A stretch of DNA of 64,000 nt from Eledone cirrhosa (taxonomy: Eukaryota), in NCBI GenBank assembly GCA_964016885.1, contig OZ024751.1, positions 45,260,001-45,324,000 on the forward strand, written 5' to 3'. Below are positions 51,005-64,000 of the stretch, in pieces (the first letter of the stretch is position 1; every line of letters starts with the position of its first letter). Below the pieces are notes generated by a model, which worked only from the letters and a program-made list of their open reading frames with translations, was not told the DNA's origin and made no database searches. A program made the translations under genes and the position numbers.

Positions 51005-51175
51005 TATTTGTTCCAGCGCTTTATGCTCTGAGTTCAAATCCCGCTACGGTTAACTTTGCCTTTCATCTTTACGGGGTTGATAAAATAAAGTGCCAGTAAT
51101 GCACTGGGGTCAATTTAATTGACTTTTCTCTCCTCCAAAAATTGTTGGCCTTGTGCCTAAATCAGAAACCATTAT
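51005..51175 (+). mobile_element. SINE (major family); further copies at ~51530-51670 and 53040-53480
   Basis: ctgagttcaaatcccgc...gataaaataaagtgccag...ggccttgtgcc. Confidence 0.8.
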
Positions 51176-51430
51176 TATTTCCACAGAACATAATGAATTC
51201 TTGCAACATTACCAAATGAAGTGAGTTTCTTCCTTGTTGGTTAGCTAATAGCAACATTGTTTCTCTGATATCTCAGTTACACCAACTACTGTAAAGATTA
51301 AGGAAAACCTTATTCATGCTAACACACAGCAATATTGCCTGACTTGCCATACTATTTTAGAATCTATTATTTATTTATATTTTTTGTAAGATTTTCCCCC
51401 CTTAAACTGAGGCTTCTTCCTTCCAGTTTA

Positions 51431-51521
51431 ACACTAATCAACACCAATCAACACTAATCAACACTAATCAACACCAATCAACACTAATCAACACCAATCA
51501 ACACTAATCAACACCAATCAA
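51431..51521. repeat. 10-bp tandem repeat ACAC(T/C)AATCA x9
   Basis: Direct reading. Confidence 0.92.
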
Positions 51522-54500
51522 TTACAGCCTACGACGTTCTGAGTTGAAATCCCCTCGAGGTCAATTTTGCGTTTCATTCTTCCGAGGTTGAAAAAATAAA
51601 GTACTAGAGTCGATATAATTGACTTCCCCTTTCCCACAAATGGGCTTGTGCCTAAAGCAGAAACCATTAATGGGGTTTGAACTCAAAGTGAAAAAACAAA
51701 AACTGCCTATGATTTTCAAATAATTTGGAAAATAAAGAATTTTATGGGATTTAGTAAAACAGCTAGCTTTCTCATTTTTGAATTTTGTTTTCGAAACAAA
51801 ATTTCCTTACATAAAATTATGATTAATGGTTGAAATTTAAATGTGAACACTTTAAAGGATTTTGTATCGATAGAGCTATGGCTTAGTGTTAGATGGGTTA
51901 AAATTCCATACATTTGAATAACATTACAGTCAACAAGCAAATTATAAGATATGGTAGCTGTTATAGAATTTAGAGCTAATTAGTTACTCAATTTACACTA
52001 CCACCAACACTTGGCTATCTTGAATAATACATGGTTGTTTCTATAGAATTAGACCTTACTGGTCACTCAATTTAACACCACCACCACCGTTTGACCCTTG
52101 GTTACCTTGAAAGTCCACCCTGTTGCAAGAATTTTGACCTAAGTGTCTGATCTGGATTTAACCCATGAGTCGTTTTTTGTTCAATTTCCCCTCTCATCCA
52201 CCAATATCTGGAGCCCTTCAAAGTGGGCTCAATTCTTCTTGCCCTAAGTCATAAAAAAATTTCAGGAAGTTCCTAAACAAATTTTTCTTAACACGTCATC
52301 TTCAAGATACCATTTAAAGAGATTCCATGATACAACCCAACCGTGTCTAGTTTTTTTTTTTTTTTCTTGTTGAATTCATTAAAAAAAAAAATTCTATTTA
52401 TTTTTCATCTTCACCCATTTCTCTTCTGTTCCTGACCATAAGAATCACAAAACTAGAACCCCCCCCCCCCTGATTCTTCATTATAGTAACTATGTCTGTG
52501 TTATCCATTTTATTTACACACGAGGAACTTGACTGAAAATTAAGCCATTATTCAGCTCTTCTTAACATAACTTTAGTAAAAGTTTGATAAATGTAATTTC
52601 AAAATCTTGATATCTACTCCATGTATATTTCATATATTTTGCAAAAACAGTGGTCCGTTTAAACTATGTAAGTCTTCACTCTGAAAGGATAATGGTGAAA
52701 TTTTGGTCCTGGGCAGTGCTCTGTGTTCAACATCATCATTATCATGTCGAATTTCCTCAGATACCATTGATAATTATACTTCTGCACTTGTCCCTCGCGG
52801 GTTCATTCTTTCTAAGATTCGTATTTTTACAATCCCATTCCAGAAACGTAGCATGAGGCCGACCTCTTGCAGGTTCCCATAACAGTATCTGGTGTAATGC
52901 CTTTACTTGATCCATCAGACTGAGTCTTCTAGCCTTTATGATGTCTCTAATCAGTCACAGGTACTCAACATACATTGACATAATACACATGCATATGTTT
53001 ATTATATTTCAGTAATACTAATTATATTTACTAAGCTTTGATAGGTTGGTAGAATCATTAATACTTCAGATGAAATATATTGCAGTATTCAGTACGGATC
53101 ACTACATTCTGAGGTCAAATCGTGCCAAGGTTGATGAAAAATAAAGTACCAGTAAAGTACTGCAGTTGATATAATCAACTTTTCCCTTTCCCAGAAATTG
53201 CAGGCCTTGTGCCTAAATATAGAAATCATTATTATATTTCTGGCCTTTGATGTTTCGAGTTCAACTTTACTTTTCATCCTTTCACTAGTTAAAGTACCAG
53301 CCATTGACTTGCCCCCATCCCCTAAAATTGTTGACCTTTTGCCTAAATTAGCTGGAAATATGATAATGATAAAAGTTTCTGAGTTCAAATTCTGCAGAGA
53401 TCAATTTTTCTTTTTATCTTTCCGAGTCAACAAAATAAAGTATCAGTCCAATACTGTTGTCCATATAATCGACTCCTTTCTCTCCTCCTTATGGCCTTGT
53501 AATAAAGTTTTTAGTCTGTCCCAAGCCTGGAGGCTCATCAGGTCAGAGCTTATCCTGGTTTCATTGGTGTTAAGTAATTGAGAGTACAAGACCTCACCTT
53601 GGATAGGACACCAGTCCATCTCTGGGTTACCTTCCAGATGATGCTAGTTGAACAATGCAAACTGAAGTGTTTTGCTGAAGGACACAACCTGCCCAATCTA
53701 GTCTAGGACTCGAACCTACAAAAGTATGACTGCATCCTAACACCCTAACCACTACATTGCAAATCATCATCATGGCATAAATAACAGAAGTATAACAGAA
53801 AGGAGGCAGAACCAGTAAAACAATCAACAGCATTCCATATGTTTAGGTTTAGTTCACTGATTAAAAATCTTGAAGTTTTTATTTTGGCCTAATGGTGTAA
53901 ATTTTCACAATCTATCCACTTAATTACTATTTTTTTTTTTTTACTGTAGTGGGTGAAAGATAAGTTCCAGAGGGGGGGCCCCAAAAATACATAAAAGACT
54001 AGGGTTTCACAGGGATTAAGGGCCACTTCAGTTTTTTTTTTTTTTTGCTGAGGCACATTTACTTGTATCCTAGGGTTCTAAAAGTATCTGAAAAGCTAGG
54101 GACCCAATATGGCCCTGCACAAATCCTTACTCTAAGAGAAAATCGACTGATTCCACCTGGAAGAACTGGTGCTGGGTAGGTTCAGACAGATTTTAATTCT
54201 AAAATGAAATCCTTAATCAAGACCCCCCCCCCCCCCCTTCTTGCCGTGTTTTAGTCTACTTCATTGAAATATTGTGAAAAATCACTGGCTGGTATGCTAG
54301 AGCTTCTATCCCATGTATGTTTATAAACAAGAGAATTCAAGACAATAGCTACTGTTATAGGGTGGGGGTCACACACCAGATTCCGGTGGTAACTTGAGAG
54401 TTTCGGAGCTGGTGCAGTGTGAGGAATAAAAATTACAAAATACATCTCTTTTACCCTCTTTCTCTCGAAGCCTCTTTGGACTGAGATAATGGACACAAAT

Positions 54501-55280
54501 AAATAAAAAAACAACTCCTTCAAACCCCTAAAAATAAAACTGTACAATCATAAAATATTCTTTTCTATGTAGATTGGTTCAATATCTACATTTCCCTGGT
54601 ATTGAGAGAATAAATTATTTTTGTTTTGCATGAATTCATTATATTTTCTTGAATATCTTAAGATTCTACTTGTTTCAGTTTACTGTTTAAACCGGCTGTA
54701 TCCGGCCAGAATTCTCTCACCTTTTCTGTTCAAACTGGTCACTCATTCTAGTGTTATGGTATTGTTCTAAAAATCTCAGAGATTCGATATTATGTGAGAT
54801 AGTGCTTACCATGAAAATACAATAGTAAATATAGTGTAATGTTAAATTTGTGATATTTTCTCTTCAACATAGCCCCTGATTCCACTTCCTACCAATCTGT
54901 TATTGCTCTATAGCTTCTCTATATTGAGACAACAGAAAATTCCAGGCCAAATGATCTTAATGTCAACAACAACATGATTTACACGTTGCTCCAGTTTACT
55001 TAGCTATAGAAATGAGTTGCGATGTCACTGGTGCCAAAATGTACCGGTCTTTGCCTTTCCCTTGGACAACATTGGAGACCTAGAGCAGGAAGACTGGTAT
55101 GCATGGCTGACTTTTGCCTCAGAGATGAGCTTTCTAGGCGTAAATGTCATGGTCATTCATGACTGAGAGGGGTCTTTTCCATATATATATATATATATAT
55201 GAACGAAGGTAAAAACCTGACCACTACACGCTGGTTGTTTATATTCGCTTGTATTCGGCCATTTAAATTTGTGTGTACGT

Positions 55281-55328
<48 letters not shown>

Positions 55329-57129
55329 GTTGGACAGCCATGGTTTAGGTACAAAGACAAGTAGAAGAGTAATCTTTCGGCAGCCAATATATGTCATTGA
55401 GACATTTGAGCTAGTGAAAGGACTGAAGATCTGTGTCATAATGGTATCAGTAACTTTGAATCTGGTTGTATCCATCGGCTACAAGGAGCACGAGGGAGGA
55501 GAAAACCTCACCGTTGCAGAATCTGTGGACTTGCTTGTAAATCCTTGGCAGGTCTAAAATGTCATACCTGATATAAACATCCAAAATGAATAGATTGTTT
55601 GGATCCTCATATGTTGTATTCGATGGGAGAGTCCATCATATACATATCTCTGTTTACACTACAGCTAGTCGATTAATTGGTCAACCAACGTTTCTTTACT
55701 TGAATAATTATATATAAATATATCAGGGCTGGTTTAGCTTTTTGCATGCTAAAATGTGCAATTTGAGTCCAAGCAGGTCATATTACATTTACAGCTTTCA
55801 ATAATTATAAAGGGATTAAAATGACCTATGAAATCTGTCTGAATACACATACCAGCAATTGGCAAATAGCGATATGTGGAGAAGTTATGATATGACAAAA
55901 AAAATTTAGTATGAAGGTTAAAATAATATATTACAATGTTATCAAATATCAACCAAACTATAAAAAGAAACTTCGATGTGCGATAAACATAACGTACATA
56001 AATTGTAGCGCATATACAAATAGATGTGTGTTTATGTTCATACACCATGCAGAGAGGGAAAGCGCTAATTTTGGTTTCACTGTATGACCAACTACCCAGG
56101 CCGTACACATTATGGGGAAGTGGCCATAACTGGGCCTTGAAAACTAAGGTATCCCCTTTTTGTTTTGAGTGTGAACAGCTCTTACACTACTTTCTTTACC
56201 ACACTCGGCTATTTTGTGCTACAAATACATAAATATAAATATATATACGCGACTACGTATAATATATATATATGTATATCTACACGAATCGAACACGTTT
56301 CATTAGATTTATAACGTACGAATAATTAAGAAACGAATCCTGGGTATTGAAAGATAAATGCGTGTGTGCAGATATTTGGTTCAAATGTGGTCAAGGGGAG
56401 ATAAGCAGTTTCCGGCTTTAGTCAACTGTCGTCTGTTGAGTTGTACTGAATCAGTTTAAAACTCCTTAAAACTAATAATAACATACATTTGCAACAATAA
56501 TATGAATTAGAAAAGCTTGAGGGTTAGTAGTGGATGGTTAGGGACTCGATGATTTTACTATTCACCCTTGTGTTAGAGGTAGAAACCCCATAAAACACAA
56601 GTCAGTGACTCTTTTGTCTTTTCCAACATCCGAGATTAACAAAATAAACAACTGAAATAAAATGTTTTCTAAAACCTCGTGGAATTATAATTATTTTTAC
56701 CGATATAAAATTACTTGATGTTATCCAGTTACAAATATATACACTTCACAAATTTACCCGTTTTATGACGAGTCGCACTCGATTGTACTGGGAGTACCAA
56801 CAGACATACATAAAAACACGCGCGTAAACTCACACTCACACACAAATACCCTTGATTAACCCAACAAGGTATCGTTTTGTGTATCGAAGATGACTGTGCA
56901 CTGTATCGCTGAGTGGGTTTGTTTAGGGAGATTTGGTTGCCATTTCTAGCACATCTCAACAAGGAAAGTCCCTATACGAGCGCTCAAACAAGAAAAAGCA
57001 GACAAATCTTCATAAAAAATAAACACCCAAATGCCTTTAAATGTATATAAAAGTTAACTCATGGAACTTACCTTGGATGTATTCCATCATAACAGCACAT
57101 TAAGCTTCCCGGCAACTTGTACAGTCAAA

Positions 57130-59180
57130 GGAAAGTGTAGGGGGAGAGAGTGACCATAGGAGGGAAACAGAGAAAGAGAAAAAGAAGAAGAGAAAAGACT
57201 AAGAGAAGGACTAGCAAAAAGAGAGTGAAAGAAGCGACTGTGTGAGAGGGGAAAGAAAGAGTGAGACAGTAAGTAACTGTGAAGGGGAAGTTAGGTGACA
57301 GTGATGTGATTAAATGGAAGAAAACCAAACGACACAATATATAATATTAAACACGATATTAGAAAAATATTTTTGTAAATAAGACAATAATTTCTAGACA
57401 TTCATGCATACATAAATAAATATATACACATGTTTACAAGTATATTTATATATGTACACACATGTAACTACCGTCTGCGAATACTTAGTGTGGTGGTAAG
57501 ATGAGGTCGGATGTAAAGACAAAGAGAGGGATAGGGGGTGAAAGGGAGAGAAATGCAAAGGAGTTGCAGAGAGAGCTAGAGAGACAAACAGATAGAGAGA
57601 GGGGTGTTGAGTGAATATGAGGTAAGGCAGAGAGAAGGAAAGAAGAAACAAATAGAGGGAGAGAGAATGGCGGGAGTCAAAAAGAGAAAGTAGGATTTGA
57701 GAATGGAAGTAGAAAGTGAAGAGTAAAAGAGAGGGAAAAAGAAAAAGAGAGAGTGACTATAGAAAGGAAACAGCGACAAAGAGAAAGAGAAAAAGAAGGA
57801 AAGGAAAAAGAGAGATAGAGAAAAGGATGTGCGAGAGAAGGGGTCGGCAAAAAGAGAGAGAAACAATAGTCTGTGGAAGAGGGGAAAGAAAGAGAGTGAT
57901 ACAGTAAGAACACAATATGAAATATTAAACACGATATTAGAAAAATATTTTTGTAAATAAGACAATTTATATACATACATGCATAAAAAATATACATATG
58001 TTACACATGACATGTAACTATCGTCTGCGAATACTTTTAACAGAATTTCACGAAGTTCAGGTTTTCATTTTACAATTACTTCGTTATTTTTCATTATCAA
58101 TGTTTTATTATAAAGTTGTGGATGTAATTATGGCGAATACATTGATGTTTCATAGTCGTTTTATTAATTAATTTATTTTGTTCGAGATATTTTTACCTGG
58201 TAGAGCGCCTATATGAATCTTGGTGTCGTTCTGTATGTTTACATATTTACTACTCTCCTCGACTGTAAAATTGATCTGATTTTGTACACCCGCAAACGGA
58301 GAAGAGGTGGGGTGAGAGGGTCTATTTCGTTGGTGAGAGAGACAGAAAGAAAATAGTATAGTCGTAGGAGGGGGTAGCTCTCTGTATGCCTACAGAATTA
58401 CTTCCCCCTTGACTGTAAAATTTATTTGATTTTGCACACCCGCAAACGGAGAAGAGGTGAGGTGAGAGAGACAGACAGAAGATAGTGTTGTGGTAGGAGG
58501 GGGCAGCTTGTTGTATGTTTACAGAATTACTTCCCCCTTAACTGTAAAATCTATTTGATTCTGCACACCCGCAATTTTATTCCAGGAGAGAGAACGGGGA
58601 AGAGAAGAGGTGAGAGTATTTATGTTTGGTCGTTGAGAGAGAGAAAGAGAAAGGAGATAGTGTGGTAATAGGAGGGGGTCCGATGTGAAGACATAGAGAG
58701 AGGAGTGAAAGGCAGAGAAATACAGAGAAGCTGCAGAGAGAGGGAGAGAGACACGGACAGATAGAGAGGGGAGGATGTTGAGTGAATAGAGGGTAAGGCA
58801 GAGAGAGAGAGAGAGAAAGAAGAAGGGACAGAGAGAGAAAGAGAGAGGGAGAACAGCAGGAGGCAAAAGAAAGATTTGAGAATGAGAGAGAAAAGGAGAG
58901 GGAAGTAGAAAGTGCAGAGTAAGAGAGAGGAGGAAACAGAAAGAAAGAGTAACTATAGGAGGAGGACAGCGACAGAAAGAAAGAGACAAAGAAGGAAGGG
59001 AGGAGAGAGAGCAAAGACATGTGAGAGAGAAGGGGCTAGCAAAAAGAGAGAAAGAAAAGCAGAGAGAATGTGACAGTTAGAGAACGAAGGGGGGTTCGTT
59101 GAAAATAATGTGATTAAATGGAAGAAAACCAGACGACAACACGATATTAGAAAAACATTTTTGTAAATAAGACAATCATT
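57130..59180. repeat. Local segmental duplication: three diverged purine-rich units plus a ~130-bp unit x3
   Basis: acacgatattagaaaa.atttttgtaaataagacaat at ~57351, ~57930 and ~59140; actgtaaaatt.at.tgatt.tg.acacccgcaa at ~58262, ~58412 and ~58541. Confidence 0.8.
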
Positions 59181-59201
59181 TATATGGCAATACAATGCTA
59201 T

Positions 59202-59364
59202 TAGCTGTCAGTCGAAAGCAGCCGATGAAAGCAAAACATCGTTTATTTCCGTATTACTACCACGCGTAAGTGGAGTTACTTGGTGGTAGTAATACGGAAA
59301 TAAACGATGACGAATGACGTCACCTTCGCCTACTTTCATCGGCTGCTTTCACGACTGACAGCTA
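59202..59364. mobile_element. Fold-back MITE with ~28-bp TIRs, TA TSD and a 27-bp internal inverted repeat
   Basis: TA-gctgtcagtcgaaagcagccgatgaaag ... ctttcatcggctgctttcacgactgacagc-TA; inner perfect IR 59237-59263 / 59283-59309. Confidence 0.8.
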
Positions 59365-60155
59365 TATATCACGTGAACACAATCACATTATTCTTTCAAA
59401 AGGAAAAGTTTGGCGCCATTTTTCTCCAGGGAAATGTAAACAAACGCAGGAATAAACAGCATTCTTTCATCGTTACAACTTATATCCACATTAATGATGA
59501 CAAATTGTAAAAGCAAAAGACAAGAACTGGTAAGTAATATCAAATAATTATTATATATTATTGTTAAGACTATATATTATTAGAAGAATATATTCACACA
59601 TATACACACGCAAATATACATACATATAAATATATATACACACGTATAAACATATATACATATATATCTACGTATATAATATATACATACAAAATATAAA
59701 GGATTTTTTAAATTTAAGATATAGGAATCTTATAAAATCAGAGAAAATCATTTCTATGTAATATCAAAGCAGCGTGAAGGAAAATTACGTTATTTAGTTA
59801 TATAAATGTTACAATTGTTAAGATATTAAAGGAAATTTTATGTTATACACACTTTGTTATTATACAAATTTTTTTTATATAAGTTTTATATTTATTAAGA
59901 TTATCTGTTATGTAGTTATGACTGTTATTATATATGTTTATTTGTCACGAACCTTAGGATAATCCCTATAAATAAGTGTAATCGAATTGCATGCATATAC
60001 ACACACATATATATACACACATATATATATATATATACATACACAATTCCCACATATACATACATATACGTACTCACACAAATAGGTAGATATGCATCAC
60101 ATATATATACATAAATACACATACACGCATAAAACATACGTACACGTATATCAAT

Positions 60156-60192
<37 letters not shown>

Positions 60193-60315
60193 CACTCATA
60201 TAGAGAGAGAAGTATATATAAATACAGTACATAGTATAATTGAAGTACATAAAATACAAAAGAATTATATTACGATTTGGAAATATAACTATAAGCAATA
60301 TAACTTTAAAACAAT

Positions 60316-61161
<846 letters not shown>

Positions 61162-61769
61162 GGTGGCTGCCAACTCGTTTTCGAGTACGGCCACTACTTT
61201 ATATCCATGTAGGAGAACCCCTACCGATGCGCTGAACGAGTGACTTTTTAGTCCAGCCCAGCGACTTGAAAAACTCTGGTACAAACACTACACTTGTGAC
61301 AATTATTGACACATAGTGCTTTGCCTTTGGTACCATGTGACGACAAGTGCAGAGAGATCTCCAGATACAAAGCAATGGCCTGTGCCGTGAAGCTTTTATA
61401 GTGAGCAAAGGCAATGCACAAAGCCAGTCCACTCTCTTAACCAAGATGATATTTACCAAAAAGAAGAACAAGTCAACATCATTGGATACCATCAGGGTTG
61501 CAGGTGTTATATCAGAGTTTTCCTTCTCCTAGAATTCTGCCTTGACAAAGGCTAAGGGGTCATCTCTCCCACTGATTTTGGATGGCCATTGACTCTTAAG
61601 AGCTCCTTTGCCCTTTGACAGGTTTTGTTTTTAGTCCTGCAGGATGTCCAAAGTCACCCTCCTCACCAAGAAACCTTGGTGGGGTTGCCAGTTTAGTCGC
61701 CAACGACCCGACCATGAGACAGGTTGTACTGGGATACATGTTACCAGTAGCACCAAGTGGTGACCTGAC
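61162..61769 (-). mobile_element. Putative RTE-type LINE 5' region (copy B) isolated between two TA arrays
   Basis: Homologous to 590-930 and 2745-3000; minus strand carries CTAGGAGAAGGAAAACTCTGA, a motif I associate with RTE 5' UTRs. Confidence 0.6.
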
Positions 61770-63460
<1,691 letters not shown>

Positions 63461-63473
63461 TGTATATACTATA

Positions 63474-64000
63474 TACTACAGAGGGCATGTCTGAGAGAGC
63501 CACCAAAAACAGTAGTGGTCCCAGGACTGTCCCCTGGGGCACCCCACTTGTTATTAGTGTTTCCTTTGAGAGGGCCCCATTTGCTGCGACTGCCTGGTTT
63601 CTGTCCTTTAGGAAGCCATGCAGCCACTCACCTACTTTTCCAGTTATGCCGAGTCCGTGTAGTTTGTGACATATCATTCCGTGGTTGACCTTGTCAAAGG
63701 CCTTCGCAAAGTCAAGGTATATCACGTCTACATGTGAGCTGTCTAGTAGTTGTTTCAGTACCCAGTCGTGATGTAGCAGCTGTGTAAGGCAGCTTCTTCC
63801 TGGGCGGAAGCCATGTTGCGTGCTAGTCAGGCGGTCATTTTCTTCGAGGAAAGTGATCAGTTTCTTTTTGACGACTCGCTCCATGACCTTACTGATATGC
63901 GACGTCAGGGAGACTGGCCTATAGTTCTTGGCCTCCGCTCTACTACCTCCTTTATGGATAGGGCATATTGTGCCTTCTTTCAGCTCCCTGGGTAGTACAC
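63474..64000 (-). mobile_element. CR1/L2-group non-LTR retrotransposon reverse transcriptase fragment
   Basis: Open frame ...[33 protein letters not shown]...[14 protein letters not shown]...[15 protein letters not shown]...[14 protein letters not shown]...DMPSVV; runs off the window end and stops at the TA array before the (Y/F)ADD motif. Confidence 0.92.

Noticed and set aside
12155-53480. GAGTTCAAATCC motifs as tRNA genes
   Set aside because: They are B boxes in SINE heads; no cloverleaf and each continues into SINE body

Overview
AT-rich, repeat-dense animal DNA, most likely an octopod cephalopod (inferred from the SINE families and microsatellite load). One complete protein-coding gene is present: USP3 (ZnF-UBP + USP catalytic domain deubiquitinase), 15 coding exons on the + strand from ATG 4759 to TAG 48831. 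All introns are GT-AG with consistent phases, giving a 1524-nt CDS (507 aa). The rest is tRNA-head SINEs, RTE- and CR1-type LINE fragments, several MITE families (mariner-, pogo-, hAT- and piggyBac-like) and large (TA)n/(TA)nCA arrays. Most ORFs in the supplied track are microsatellite artefacts. The most unusual signal is a set of fold-back (hairpin) inserts sitting inside (TA)n tracts (25.8 kb, 26.6 kb, 36.9-37.4 kb, 3.65 kb). Two of them carry clear hammerhead-ribozyme parts: a near-complete minimal core in one and a 3' half in the other, whose hairpin is centred on the stem II loop. They look like a Penelope-like, (TA)n-targeting, self-priming mini-element system. All coordinates were counted by eye, and repeat boundaries are approximate.
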